A stretch of DNA of 64,000 nucleotides from a virus (IMGVR_UViG_3300021256_004135:1-64000); one strand, 5' to 3'; positions 26,315-37,003 are shown, counted from the stretch's first letter. The notes: generated by a model from the sequence alone, not told the origin. Translations and numbers: made by a program.

Positions 26315-26393
26315 TGCAAAAGTACACACTATTTTCAGCATATAAAGCGTTTTGTATCAGCACGTTTTGGACGATTTTAGTTCATCCAAAAGA
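26315..26393 (-). promoter_or_regulatory. Putative late promoter/operator element, copy 2
   Basis: Minus-strand TACTTTTG plus TTTTGGACGA-N7-TCATCCAAAA; similar to 10913-10991. Confidence 0.7.
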
Positions 26394-26503
26394 AAGACCG
26401 AAAAGAGCCTAAGAAGAGACGATTTTTCTTAAAAAATTGCATTTCTGGAATAATATTCCTACTTTTGCATTTTTAATTTGAAAGTTCAATGATATTATAG
26501 TTT

Positions 26504-27115
26504 ATGGATAATGACAAAAACAAAATAATACGCCAAGTAAAACCATTTTCAATAAGAACAAATCGTATCAGATTAAACACCGTAAGTCCTTTTATAGAGG
26601 AAAGTGAAGATTTCAAAAATGCAAAGTTACCTGAGCCTCCTTCACATAAATTCACGGTATCATACGACAAATATTCATATCACATACAAGGTGACGGAAG
26701 AGATTTTCTGATAAGCAAACCTACAAGACTAATGAATGGAAAATCCCCAGAAAGGAATCTTGCTGAAAAGGTACGGGAATTACGCGGTTTAATGAAATCG
26801 TCTGGGAAGGATTGCTATTTCGACATACCAGACAAACTGAAAGAATACATTTACAGTTCTCTTTTTGGGGGCAGAACTGGTGTAATTCGGGAGCACATTG
26901 TCGGACATCATCTTGAATATGAATTTTTTATATACGATGGCACACATGACATTCTTGAATACTATGAACATCTAAATCATCTTCCATTTCATTTAATATC
27001 CTCAAAAGAGGATAAGATTCTCTCAAAAATTCGAGAAATTGAGAAACCCTTCGGGTTTATTAAATGGGATATTTCCAAAGCGCCATCATTGAGAAATATA
27101 ATACATGTATCTTAA
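26504..27115 (+). CDS. Hypothetical AT-rich moron protein
   Basis: 203-aa ORF with promoter TACTTTTG at 26460. Confidence 0.55.
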   Translation: MDNDKNKIIRQVKPFSIRTNRIRLNTVSPFIEESEDFKNAKLPEPPSHKFTVSYDKYSYHIQGDGRDFLISKPTRLMNGKSPERNLAEKVRELRGLMKSSGKDCYFDIPDKLKEYIYSSLFGGRTGVIREHIVGHHLEYEFFIYDGTHDILEYYEHLNHLPFHLISSKEDKILSKIREIEKPFGFIKWDISKAPSLRNIIHVS

Positions 27116-27194
27116 CAGTCTCTCCAAAGTTTAATATCAACTTACATACATCCACAATAAAAAAAGGAGTTTTCCGTTGTATTATGGATTGATT

Positions 27195-27560
27195 ATGCAG
27201 GAATATCTGGTCATATCGACGAGCGTTGATTTGATGCGCGTGGCCTCGGAAGACATTGTATTCATATCTTCTGACGGCAACTATTCCTCGTTTGTCTTCA
27301 CCTACGGCGAGTCGCGTGTCGTGACTATGCAGCTCGGCCAGGTGGAGCGTCTGCTGGCAGAGCAACTCGCACACAGCGGAGCGGACTTCATCCGCATAGG
27401 CAAGAGCCTCATCATCAACCGCAACTTCATCAGTTACATAAACTTACCCAAGCAGCAATTGGTGCTGTCCGACGGCCATTCCTCCAGTCACAGTCTCACC
27501 GCATCCAAGGAGGCGTTGAAGCAGTTGAAGGAGTTAATCGAGAAAGGATTGAACAAATGA
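27195..27560 (+). CDS. Stand-alone LytTR DNA-binding protein
   Basis: IVFISSDGNYS and FIRIGKSLIIN motifs. Confidence 0.8.
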   Translation: MQEYLVISTSVDLMRVASEDIVFISSDGNYSSFVFTYGESRVVTMQLGQVERLLAEQLAHSGADFIRIGKSLIINRNFISYINLPKQQLVLSDGHSSSHSLTASKEALKQLKELIEKGLNK

Positions 27561-28417
27561 CAAAGATGAGTGATATAAACGACAACGAAATCCGTGTCAT
27601 CGGTGGTGACGGCGGAGGCGGCGGAAAGAAACGCCTGCCGTGGTGGGTGTGGGTGATTGTCGGCGTAGTGGCGGTTGCCATCGCCGTGGTTGCTTTGTGG
27701 CCGAAACCGCAGCCCGAAGAGCCTACCGTTCCCAACACCACGACCGTGACCGAGCCGGAGACCACCGACATCTGGCACAGCAACACGGACAACTCCCTCC
27801 CCTCCTGCACCATAGTAACCGACACACTCATCGACACCCTTCATCTGCGTATCTTCACCCCCTATAACGCCACTCCCGAACTCCACATAGGACGGCTCGA
27901 CACCGCCAACACCGACATCATACTGGCTGCTATGGCCGCTGACTTACGCCGCGACAATGGTCGAATTGTCGGAGCATTCGTTCACGCCGGTGAACCTCTT
28001 TCATGGGGTCTCTCCAAGCGCGGCTACTGCGCCATCTTTGACGGACAGATTACCATCGGCGTTGCCGAGAACTCTCCGCTCTTTGAGCAGGCCACCGAGC
28101 AGGGCGGCTACTTCTTCCGCCAGTATCCCGCTGTGGACAAAGGCGTGATGGTTGAGAACAACCCAGAGAACGCCTCCTTCCGCCGCGCCCTCTGCCTGCT
28201 GAACGGCAAGGTGTGCATCATAGCCTGCACCGACCGTGTTCTGATGAACGATTTCAGCGCCACCCTTGTGAAGCTCGGAGTTAGCGAGGCCATCCTGCTT
28301 GTCGGCGGTACTGCCGACGGCTGGTGTCGCACCGATGACGGCAAGATGATACGTCTCGGCTCGTCCTATGCCCAAAACGCGAAATACATGAACCATATAG
28401 TGTTCCGTAAGCAATAA
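27557..28417 (+). CDS. Membrane-anchored phosphodiester glycosidase (NAGPA)-like protein
   Basis: N-terminal TM; FFRQYPAV, RRALC and LGVSEAILLVGG motifs. Confidence 0.55.
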   Translation: MTKMSDINDNEIRVIGGDGGGGGKKRLPWWVWVIVGVVAVAIAVVALWPKPQPEEPTVPNTTTVTEPETTDIWHSNTDNSLPSCTIVTDTLIDTLHLRIFTPYNATPELHIGRLDTANTDIILAAMAADLRRDNGRIVGAFVHAGEPLSWGLSKRGYCAIFDGQITIGVAENSPLFEQATEQGGYFFRQYPAVDKGVMVENNPENASFRRALCLLNGKVCIIACTDRVLMNDFSATLVKLGVSEAILLVGGTADGWCRTDDGKMIRLGSSYAQNAKYMNHIVFRKQ

Positions 28418-28470
28418 CAGCACGTCCGCCGAAGGCGTTTTGAGGTACGAAACCCGACCTCGGAACGCAT

Positions 28471-28546
28471 TTCATACAACATCGGATATACTTCATACAA
28501 TGCCCGCCAGAACCCTCTGACGGGTGCTTTTTTATGTGTACTTTTG
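28471..28546 (+). promoter_or_regulatory. Putative LytTR operator and promoter
   Basis: TTCATACAA-N12-TTCATACAA (28471-28500) upstream of TACTTTTG (28539-28546). Confidence 0.6.
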
Positions 28547-28550
28547 CGGC

Positions 28551-30104
28551 ATGAAACGACTGATACACATAGTAGGAATATTGCTGCTGACTTCTTGCCA
28601 TCAACCCTCTGGAGTAGATGTTCGGGATACAACAGACAACATCACGGAAAACACAGTATGCCAGAAGGACTATCACATGGAACCCGTCATTTATGACACC
28701 ATTTTCGGGCATTTCATCACTCCGAGGCACACCGACACTCTCATACTCAAGTATTACTCTGCAACAACCAATAGATTGGTAGATAGCATAGCCGTGGGAA
28801 ATCGCACAGACATGGATGCCGCACCGTGGTTCTATGCACAAGGCATAGGCATCAGAGTGTACCTTCCCGATGGCACATTGGTTCATACCCAACCCAATGC
28901 TACAGGACTGATTTGCGCTATTCCGCTCAACAATCTGTTGCCCAAGACCAACGCACTGGCTATCGTTTGGTATCCAAGACAAGAATCTGGTATTATGCCA
29001 TGCCGTATTGTCTCCATAGAAAATGGCCAATGGACAGAATTGGGCTCTTTTATGGTGAACACCAATTTCTTTCCCGATACACTAACCGATGGAATGATTG
29101 ATGATTTCCTGGAGAAACATAACGGCATCTGGATGTATCGGGATTATGATGAACAAATGCGATGGTACGAAGAACATGAGGAGAAATGCCCGATGAAACC
29201 GTTAAGAAACATTCTTGACACCAAGTCAAAAGTGTATAATTTCCAAGAGAACCTCGATTACCTCTGCTTCTTGGGTTTTTATGAATATGTATGGGCATTT
29301 GAACATTACGCCGTTGATTCCGCCGATGTTGATTCAGTCGCCATTCAAGCAAGAAAGATGAATCTACGGATGACTCCATACAAAACGTTACCAGAAATAA
29401 AAAAGGAATTTAACGAACTGTTCGACAATTGGTTATACTGTTACAACACCTACAGACGGGACCTATGGCTACAAATAATACGCTCTCGTATGCGGTTTCA
29501 TCTCTCCAATCCAGTAACTTATCGCTATTGGCAACCAACCAGCGAGTACAATCCATTCAAAGTATCCATCTCACCAGATAAGAAATATAAGTTCTATACA
29601 ACAAGGGATGTTTGTGATGGAACGGCTGGAGAGTGGATAACTTTCTATCAGTATATTGACGATAAGGGAAATATCACATGTAAGGAGTGGCAGGATGACC
29701 GACGTTTCGACTGCCAAGGAAATGTTATTGGTGTCTGGCAGTTCACTCATCACGACACAACATTCTATGTTCTAAAGAGTGTATGGCAGGGCAGCTCCTG
29801 CGAGTGGGCATACTGTATGGAGATTGCCACATTTGACAAAGGCATTCCAACTTACCATATACACTTCTTCCCCGATATGAAGGAATACAACGAAATCAAG
29901 AAGTGGTCGTATGTGAATGGAGAGTGGGAAGAAAGTGATTGGGTAAAAGAGGACGGTTCATATTGCGTAAGTTATACATGTCGATTTCTTGACGTAAACT
30001 ACAATTTCAATCCTAAAACATTGACTGTCACCGCAACGACACAAGCCGATACCGGAGATGCTGTCATAACAAAAAGATGGAAATTAAAGACCAGCAATGA
30101 ATAA
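28551..30104 (+). CDS. Lipoprotein of unknown function
   Basis: Lipobox LLTSC. Confidence 0.65.
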   Translation: MKRLIHIVGILLLTSCHQPSGVDVRDTTDNITENTVCQKDYHMEPVIYDTIFGHFITPRHTDTLILKYYSATTNRLVDSIAVGNRTDMDAAPWFYAQGIGIRVYLPDGTLVHTQPNATGLICAIPLNNLLPKTNALAIVWYPRQESGIMPCRIVSIENGQWTELGSFMVNTNFFPDTLTDGMIDDFLEKHNGIWMYRDYDEQMRWYEEHEEKCPMKPLRNILDTKSKVYNFQENLDYLCFLGFYEYVWAFEHYAVDSADVDSVAIQARKMNLRMTPYKTLPEIKKEFNELFDNWLYCYNTYRRDLWLQIIRSRMRFHLSNPVTYRYWQPTSEYNPFKVSISPDKKYKFYTTRDVCDGTAGEWITFYQYIDDKGNITCKEWQDDRRFDCQGNVIGVWQFTHHDTTFYVLKSVWQGSSCEWAYCMEIATFDKGIPTYHIHFFPDMKEYNEIKKWSYVNGEWEESDWVKEDGSYCVSYTCRFLDVNYNFNPKTLTVTATTQADTGDAVITKRWKLKTSNE

Positions 30105-31104
30105 AGCAACCATTATCACAATCGTAGTGTCTATGCTTCTTTGCTCCTGCGGAGGAGTGGACAAGCCACAGACACCGTCAGCCCACCGTGGCGTGTACCA
30201 TTGGAAGACCACCTATAACCCCACCGACTGGGAGAAGAAGTGGATGAAAGACCACAAGGTGGACAAGCTCTACGTCAAACTCTTCGACGTGGAGCCAGGA
30301 AGCAAGAATGGTCATGCCGACTACAGTATGGTGCCAGTTGCCACCACACGCTTTGTGCAGGACTTGCCTGATAGTATGGAGGTTGTGCCGGTGGTCTACA
30401 TCACCGTTGATGCCATCCGCGAGATGGATGCCAAAAATCAATGGTGTAATCCATACAATTACTATGCCGACATGCTTGTTGAGCGTATCAACAAGATGAT
30501 GCAGCAGAATGGGAAACCTCAATTCCGAGAGGTGCAACTGGATTGCGACTGGACTGCACAGACAAAGGAGACTTACTTCCGACTCTGCATCGATGTAAGG
30601 AGGATTCTCCATTCGCAAGGAAAGATACTCAGCGGCACTCTACGCTTGCATCAGTTGCGTGAAGTGGAGCAGCCTGATGAGGTGTGTTATGGTGGAGAAG
30701 ACACCATTCCCTTTGACCGCAGCCTACTGATGTGCTACAATACTGGCCGTCTGCAAGACCCTGATACAAAGAACTCCATCCTTGACTTTGATGACGTGAA
30801 GCCTTACTTAAAACAGTACCACTCCGACAATCTGCCCCGTACCGATGTAGCATATCCAGTCTATACCTGGGGCGTGGACTTTGATGACGAGGGTAAGTTT
30901 GTACGCCTCGTGAACTCACAACAGATAATCGAGGAGAAGTGCCATAATCTCCGTGTGGAGACAGGCGAGCCGGATGCGATCCTGCAAACACAGTCCTCCC
31001 TGCCGACCCTTGACACCGCCCACACCGTCATTCTTTACCATCTTGATTCGTTGAACCTTTCAAAGTACAGTTATGAAGATATTGAAGCCTTTTATTCTCG
31101 TTAG
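30097..31104 (+). CDS. Lipoprotein with GH18-like/TIM-barrel (DUF3142-like) domain
   Basis: Lipobox LCSC; VQLDCDW, TLRLHQ and LLMCYNTG motifs. Confidence 0.6.
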   Translation: MNKATIITIVVSMLLCSCGGVDKPQTPSAHRGVYHWKTTYNPTDWEKKWMKDHKVDKLYVKLFDVEPGSKNGHADYSMVPVATTRFVQDLPDSMEVVPVVYITVDAIREMDAKNQWCNPYNYYADMLVERINKMMQQNGKPQFREVQLDCDWTAQTKETYFRLCIDVRRILHSQGKILSGTLRLHQLREVEQPDEVCYGGEDTIPFDRSLLMCYNTGRLQDPDTKNSILDFDDVKPYLKQYHSDNLPRTDVAYPVYTWGVDFDDEGKFVRLVNSQQIIEEKCHNLRVETGEPDAILQTQSSLPTLDTAHTVILYHLDSLNLSKYSYEDIEAFYSR

Positions 31105-33412
31105 TCTGCTCTTCCCAGCGGCACAAACCCTCGCTTGCGGTCCCTACTATTCCGCACCAGAGGACATGAACATCTACCGTCTGCTGCCATACGGTAAAGA
31201 GTTGAGGTATTATGACCCCTATTTTGACAACTTCAGGGTGAAGAACATTCTCCTATGGAGCAAACAGACTGGTTTCAAAGATACCACGTTGATTCGTGAT
31301 GACATCTATAGTTCTTGGCCACCAGAGCAATGGGAGGAATGTCTAAAGTCAGAACAATATGGAGAGTTATATTCTGGTCAATATGAGAGTCGTGGCGTAT
31401 TGGCAGGGAACCCTTTTCCGCAGCATCTGATAAACAGCCATGATGAAGATGCCATTCGGCTTCTCTATTGGTCAAAACTGTACGAAAGCATACGCGATGC
31501 CCAGCGTTCCCCTTGGTACTACTGCAAAGGTCTTTCCGGCGAGGAACACATGGAGTTATCGGACTTGGCAGACAGCGCGATGGCTCACACCAAAGGTAAA
31601 TACCGCGACCGATACATCTTCCTTGCCATCAAATCGCTTTGGGCATCCAGACGGTTTGACGAGTGCATTGAGTTCTATAGCAAGCACAAGCGTCATCTAC
31701 AGAATACCATATTCCACGCTCCGGCGGACGACTACTATTCCCGCTGTCTCTGCGAGGTGGGGCGTGATGACGAGGCTGTGAAGATATACCTTCGGAGGGG
31801 CGATGTCACTTCACTGTCATGTATAACGGGTGGCAGTCTTCCGCGTATGCTGGAGATGGTGGGCAAAGCATCCCCCAACAGTCCTATGCTGGCTATGGAG
31901 TTGCAGCGTGTACTGCACACTCTTGAGAACAACTACTACTATTTCGACCAGCATTTGGCCAACGCCTCCGACTACTACAATGCCGACTCGCTGTTGCCCG
32001 TGGTACTCCGCTTCGCTGATAATACCCGACAGCCCAATCGTGCCATCTGGCAATATACTGCCGCTTGTCTGCTTGACTATATGGGGAAGCCTGCCAAAGG
32101 CTTGAAGTATATACGCAATGCCAATTCTTCCGACCCGTTCCTCTCGCAATCCATCCGTGTGCTGCGCTTCTACCTGCATTCCAAGACCGATCCTGTTGGC
32201 AACAAACTGGAACAATATGCTATCGAGGAGGTGCAATGGATGGACAGCATCCTTTGTAAGGAATGGGAACAACTCACCTCAAAAGAGCGTACCTTGCTGT
32301 TAAAGAACATGATGCCGTGGTGCAATTACAGCATACGATGCTGTTATATGTACGATGCCATGCGCCGAATCATGCTGCCTGACAGTGTTGGTTTATGCTC
32401 CCGACTGGCTGCTGCAGGTCGAACCACACGCGCCTTGCAGATGGCCAACACCGCCGACAACCGCATCTACATTTTGGCACGGAACACTCCGTCTTGCAAA
32501 GGAAAAAATCTTGAAAAATATGAGTGGTGGTACGATGAAAATGAACATAAAGGGGCATCGACTTATATCTGGATAAACGATAAGAAAGATACGGCTTGCT
32601 ACACGTTGGAGGCCACCAGTATGAACAGTTACCGCAACGCCATGTTCCTCTTGGCAGACGGAATGACAGCTCGCCAGTTAGAACGCTACCGCCAAAGACA
32701 ACTGCGTCCGCAAGACACCATCGACCGTTGGTTCAACGAGCGAGGCTACACGGCTTCCGACTACTGGCAAGACATCATCGGAACTCACTACATACGTGAG
32801 CGAAATTATAACGCTGCTATTGCACACCTGAAATACGTCTCTACCCATTACCAGTTAAGGATGAACGTGGAGTTTGCTTTCGACCCATTCGGCATCGACC
32901 GCTCGCAGAAGAGTAACGACAGCACCCACTATAAACTACATTTCGCGAAGCGTATGCGCAGTCTGGAATGGCGTATGAACCACGGAGATGCCGACAGTCG
33001 CGGACTGGCCATGCTTGAATACTCCATCGGTTTACGCAATAGTTTTGACCGATGCTGGGAACTAACCACCTATGGCGTAAATGGGTATGAGAATGACCGA
33101 TACTATAGCATGCGAGATTTCAAAGCCAACCATTTATGGGGAACACCAGACCCACAAAGCTTTATGGCAGAACACTTGGCCGTTTATGCTCCCACGGCTT
33201 TCGCTGATGCCGACAGCCTACAATCCCGTGCTTTCCGTACCTTGCAAAGCGATGAGGCTCGCGCAAAATATGAGCTGCGGCTCTGTAATTTTGCCACCGT
33301 CAGGAAACGCTATGCCAACACCGAGACAGGAAAGCACCTTGCTCTTGTATGTGACGAAAGCGGACTATATCAGGGATGGCTTATGAAAAATAATTGGCAG
33401 AAAAAAATATAA
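31073..33412 (+). CDS. Secreted TPR-like helical protein
   Basis: Signal peptide ending TLACGP; helical repeats; overlaps the upstream lipoprotein gene. Confidence 0.6.
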   Translation: MKILKPFILVSLLFPAAQTLACGPYYSAPEDMNIYRLLPYGKELRYYDPYFDNFRVKNILLWSKQTGFKDTTLIRDDIYSSWPPEQWEECLKSEQYGELYSGQYESRGVLAGNPFPQHLINSHDEDAIRLLYWSKLYESIRDAQRSPWYYCKGLSGEEHMELSDLADSAMAHTKGKYRDRYIFLAIKSLWASRRFDECIEFYSKHKRHLQNTIFHAPADDYYSRCLCEVGRDDEAVKIYLRRGDVTSLSCITGGSLPRMLEMVGKASPNSPMLAMELQRVLHTLENNYYYFDQHLANASDYYNADSLLPVVLRFADNTRQPNRAIWQYTAACLLDYMGKPAKGLKYIRNANSSDPFLSQSIRVLRFYLHSKTDPVGNKLEQYAIEEVQWMDSILCKEWEQLTSKERTLLLKNMMPWCNYSIRCCYMYDAMRRIMLPDSVGLCSRLAAAGRTTRALQMANTADNRIYILARNTPSCKGKNLEKYEWWYDENEHKGASTYIWINDKKDTACYTLEATSMNSYRNAMFLLADGMTARQLERYRQRQLRPQDTIDRWFNERGYTASDYWQDIIGTHYIRERNYNAAIAHLKYVSTHYQLRMNVEFAFDPFGIDRSQKSNDSTHYKLHFAKRMRSLEWRMNHGDADSRGLAMLEYSIGLRNSFDRCWELTTYGVNGYENDRYYSMRDFKANHLWGTPDPQSFMAEHLAVYAPTAFADADSLQSRAFRTLQSDEARAKYELRLCNFATVRKRYANTETGKHLALVCDESGLYQGWLMKNNWQKKI

Positions 33413-33515
33413 TTCGTATCTTTGCATTTTGGATTTTCGCCACAGACTCTATCAAAATTAAGTTTTATAATGTGAAATAATCAAGGGAGAAACATTTATA
33501 TGTACTAAAGTTGAC

Positions 33516-34169
33516 ATGTCCAGTATACCCAACATCTTTCAAAAAACAGAAAAACAACATACTCCAACAGAAGGTATGATGTGTGATGCCCGTATACAGA
33601 GGAACTATATCGTACCTATTTTTTGCAGCAACGGAACAAGTTGTGGATGTGGTTTCTTTGTCGGGAATTTGTTCTTTACATCTGGGCACGTCATTGCAAA
33701 TATGCCAGAACCACACATTATTATTGCCTCCCGCAACATTCCATTGGCCAAGAACATCCAAGTGACATACCAGAATAATCCTGATGATGCCAACGGCTAT
33801 GACATCGCGGTATTCAATATTGATGGTATGGAGAGCGATTTGGAGTTTTGTTCTGGGAATATTGAAACAGGAATGTGTCTTGACAGTATCAGTTTCCTGG
33901 AGACAAGCCAAGGAACAGAATCCATCTTTTGTACTGCAAATGTACTTGGTGAGGATATGCGGGAAGGAAATTACTACGGTATTGAGACTTCAAAAGCACT
34001 CAAGGCAGGGTGCAGCGGAAGTCCCGTGTTCCTCAATGGCAAGGTCGCTGGCATTATTACCAAAGGAAACAATAATGGGGATAACACTCCTTGTACCGAA
34101 GAATTACCCCTTAATTTCTGCTTCGTATTGTCATCCAAAGCAATAATGCGTCTGATAGAATCACTTTGA
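33516..34169 (+). CDS. Trypsin-like serine protease
   Basis: TSGHV, YDIAV and GCSGSPV catalytic triad motifs; promoter TATCTTTG at 33417. Confidence 0.8.
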   Translation: MSSIPNIFQKTEKQHTPTEGMMCDARIQRNYIVPIFCSNGTSCGCGFFVGNLFFTSGHVIANMPEPHIIIASRNIPLAKNIQVTYQNNPDDANGYDIAVFNIDGMESDLEFCSGNIETGMCLDSISFLETSQGTESIFCTANVLGEDMREGNYYGIETSKALKAGCSGSPVFLNGKVAGIITKGNNNGDNTPCTEELPLNFCFVLSSKAIMRLIESL

Positions 34170-34676
34170 TATTCTATCTCCGCAGAAGTCCTTCCTCTTG
34201 CATTTGGCGCAGTGGGTTCCCTGCCACACGCTGTCGAGATGGTCGGCAGCGGCATCCACCAGCGAAGGCTCGTCGGTGAGTATTCCAGCCTCAAAGTTAC
34301 GGTTGCCTTCGCCCTTCATACCGATACCGGCACCAGTGAGGTTGGCGGAGCCTATGTAGGCCACTGCACAGTCGAATATCATTATCTTGAAGTGTACACG
34401 CGGACAGAGCTTGCGTTCCAGTTTTGACCACAGCCCAGGGTACTTGTCGAAGTCCTCGCGAAAGTTCTCACCTGGCTCTTTGGCGTGGAGCAATCGTACC
34501 TCTACGCCTCGCTTGAGCAGCTTGTCGAGAATGGATAGGAACGGAACGACATCCTTGCCGCTGCCGACATACAAGTCTTTTAGGTCAGCCGTGCCTATCC
34601 ATAGGTCGTGCTTGACCTTCTCGCAATGCGATAGGACATCAGTGTAGTGGTCTCTGTCGGCAATGTACTTTATCAT
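34161..34676 (-). CDS. Phospholipase D-family (single HKD) nuclease-like protein
   Basis: HFKIMIFD...IGSANLT...NFEAG; C-terminal CxxC...C. Confidence 0.8.
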   Translation of the reverse strand: MIKYIADRDHYTDVLSHCEKVKHDLWIGTADLKDLYVGSGKDVVPFLSILDKLLKRGVEVRLLHAKEPGENFREDFDKYPGLWSKLERKLCPRVHFKIMIFDCAVAYIGSANLTGAGIGMKGEGNRNFEAGILTDEPSLVDAAADHLDSVWQGTHCAKCKRKDFCGDRISK

Positions 34677-35281
34677 ACGGACTTAACGGTATCTTCCATC
34701 AAAGACGATGCGAAACCATCGGCCAGTTGCAGGATTGAACACAACGGGTACTTGTCTTTGGCCGCATTGAGATTGCCCAGGGCCTCACGACTCTGAAACG
34801 GCAAATCCCAGGCCGTCATGTGCCAGCGGATGGCTGCAATCTCCGCATCTGTCAAGTCCAAACCCAGACGGAGCAGTATGATGACGCTTTTCTCTCCGTG
34901 ACCAAGAGGGAAGTTGCTGTAGTCCACGGTATAGCCGTCGTACTCTTCCCATCGCCCAAAACTGTTCTGGCGCTTCTTCTTAACCTCCTTGTACACGTCG
35001 GCTTTGCACACGTCGTGCAGCAAAGTGGCGATAGCGATGCTGTCCTCTGGCAGCTGTTCCTCCAATGAAGGGTTAAGGCTCAATGCCGTGGCACGCAGAC
35101 GCATGGCTGCGGTATATACGTTGAGGGAGTGGTCTGCCAGACCGCCCTCGTAGTTGCCGTGGAAGTTGGTGGAGGCAGGAGCCATGAAGAATCCGCTCCC
35201 TTTCAGCCAGTCCATCACCTCGTCGATACCTTGTCGGTCAGTTTTGTCGAGGATTTCAAGTATCTTGTCTTTGGTTGTCAT
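34673..35281 (-). CDS. HD-domain phosphohydrolase
   Basis: APAS..FHG..EGGL..HS, LLHDVCK, GHGEKS and AIRWHM motifs. Confidence 0.85.
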   Translation of the reverse strand: MTTKDKILEILDKTDRQGIDEVMDWLKGSGFFMAPASTNFHGNYEGGLADHSLNVYTAAMRLRATALSLNPSLEEQLPEDSIAIATLLHDVCKADVYKEVKKKRQNSFGRWEEYDGYTVDYSNFPLGHGEKSVIILLRLGLDLTDAEIAAIRWHMTAWDLPFQSREALGNLNAAKDKYPLCSILQLADGFASSLMEDTVKSV

Positions 35282-35295
35282 TATCTTTCTTCGTT

Positions 35296-35661
35296 TTAGT
35301 CTATTTTCGCTTTGTTCTGGAAAATTTCCTGAATCCTTTCAAAATTATACATATCAGCCATTCCTAAATATTCGGCGGCTTTTATAGCATCGCTCGTATA
35401 TGTCACTAACCAATAATCGGTTTTAATACGGTAATATTCTTTGTCTTTCTCTATCTTTGCCCAAATTATGCAACATTCCATATCACCCTCCGGCAACTTG
35501 ATAGCGGCTTCCAACGCATCTCTCTCACTCTCATAGATACTACAATTCTTTATTATCTCTCTCTGCTTTTCAGTATATTCGGGATGTGCTTCCATGCGAG
35601 ACTTGGCACTCTCATAGAGATAACGCAATTGTTCTTGATTTATTCTATATCCATATTCCAT
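35296..35661 (-). CDS. Hypothetical protein
   Basis: In-operon AT-rich ORF. Confidence 0.55.
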   Translation of the reverse strand: MEYGYRINQEQLRYLYESAKSRMEAHPEYTEKQREIIKNCSIYESERDALEAAIKLPEGDMECCIIWAKIEKDKEYYRIKTDYWLVTYTSDAIKAAEYLGMADMYNFERIQEIFQNKAKID

Positions 35662-35716
35662 AATCTCCGCTTCCGATTATTGACAGTCTGCGATTCGCTT
35701 CGTCGTGAAAAACGTA

Positions 35717-37003
35717 TCATTTCCGAAGTCTCTTCAATATCTCACCATATACATCCCGTTCTTTCGTATTGAGGTTATTTCTCGATAGTTTCTGCACAAG
35801 AGGATGCTCGTTGACGATAAATCTGTTTTCAAACTTTTCCATCTCGTCTCCAATAAGAGACTTCCATTGTTTCTCTGAACGCATCACCAAGAAAAGTGCA
35901 TCTGGCTCTTCATAGAGAATCCTGCGGATAAGATGCTTTGCGTAATATTGTGTTGGCAGGGTTTCCATCTTAAAATGAGACCCCATCTCTTTAGAAAAGT
36001 ATGGAATATATTGAATAAGTGCAATCTTCTTCATAAAGTCGTACTTCTCATCCTTCAGGTCTTCCTTGATGTCATCCATCATCCTTCGCCAGTAGCCATC
36101 ACCAATCACATTATCCTCTTCGTTAAACACGACAGAGCTGCCTTCCTCGAAGCATATATTGTCGTACAGAGACGAAAGGAAGGTTTCCCTGTGCTTCTCG
36201 TCAAGCATGGAGACCAACTGACCGTTCAGCCGCTCCACATAGCCAGGATTGAGGCTCAATATTACAAGTTTAGGATTTCGTAAATTGCCTCGGTAAGGCT
36301 CAGGGGGAATGTTGAGAATAAACTGCTTGTCATTTGCCTTTTTGTGCCGTTCATTGTAGTCTTCTATCACTCTACGGTCTCCCTCATAAACAGCCTGCTC
36401 GTCCTCGGCGAGACGGATGCTCCACGGACTGTGTCGGAAACACTGCCATTTGTTGTAGACGGCCGGCCAGGGATTAGAACATTCTAAATCGACCATAGAG
36501 AAGTGTTCGTCATACTGACACGGTTTCATAAGGAAATCCTGCATCTCCTCTCTCGACATACCTCTCAATACAGACTCATCCATGCGCATCTTCTTCAGTT
36601 CATGGCGGTGTGAATAGTCATTCACGGTGTACCGCATCATCAGTTCGTCTTTCAGCAGTTGCACCACATCCTCCAGTTTCACCCTGTCCTCGTCAAACAG
36701 GAAACTCCATGCCTTGCCTGTACGAAGATACATTATTGTTGCTGCCATACCGTTCTTGTACTGGTGCTCTCTTGAATACGGGGCATAGTCACGGACACGT
36801 TCTCTAATCTCCTCTACAAGATCAAAGCCGTGATAAAGTACGTATGCAAGATGTATGGCACGTTTCTCCATAGGTAATTGATTGTACTCATGGCAACCAG
36901 GCTCAAGCATGGCTTTTATGCCATAGGGAAGCGTCAGCCTCTCGCCAAATTCATGGTACTGTTGATAATTGAAGTCCATAGCATTGAATTTAATATCCTT
37001 CAT
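35717..37003 (-). CDS. Two-domain protein with C-terminal uracil-DNA-glycosylase-like domain
   Basis: PPEPYRG...VILSLNPG and QYIPYFSK motifs; start uncertain (37003 or 36979). Confidence 0.5.
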   Translation of the reverse strand: MKDIKFNAMDFNYQQYHEFGERLTLPYGIKAMLEPGCHEYNQLPMEKRAIHLAYVLYHGFDLVEEIRERVRDYAPYSREHQYKNGMAATIMYLRTGKAWSFLFDEDRVKLEDVVQLLKDELMMRYTVNDYSHRHELKKMRMDESVLRGMSREEMQDFLMKPCQYDEHFSMVDLECSNPWPAVYNKWQCFRHSPWSIRLAEDEQAVYEGDRRVIEDYNERHKKANDKQFILNIPPEPYRGNLRNPKLVILSLNPGYVERLNGQLVSMLDEKHRETFLSSLYDNICFEEGSSVVFNEEDNVIGDGYWRRMMDDIKEDLKDEKYDFMKKIALIQYIPYFSKEMGSHFKMETLPTQYYAKHLIRRILYEEPDALFLVMRSEKQWKSLIGDEMEKFENRFIVNEHPLVQKLSRNNLNTKERDVYGEILKRLRK

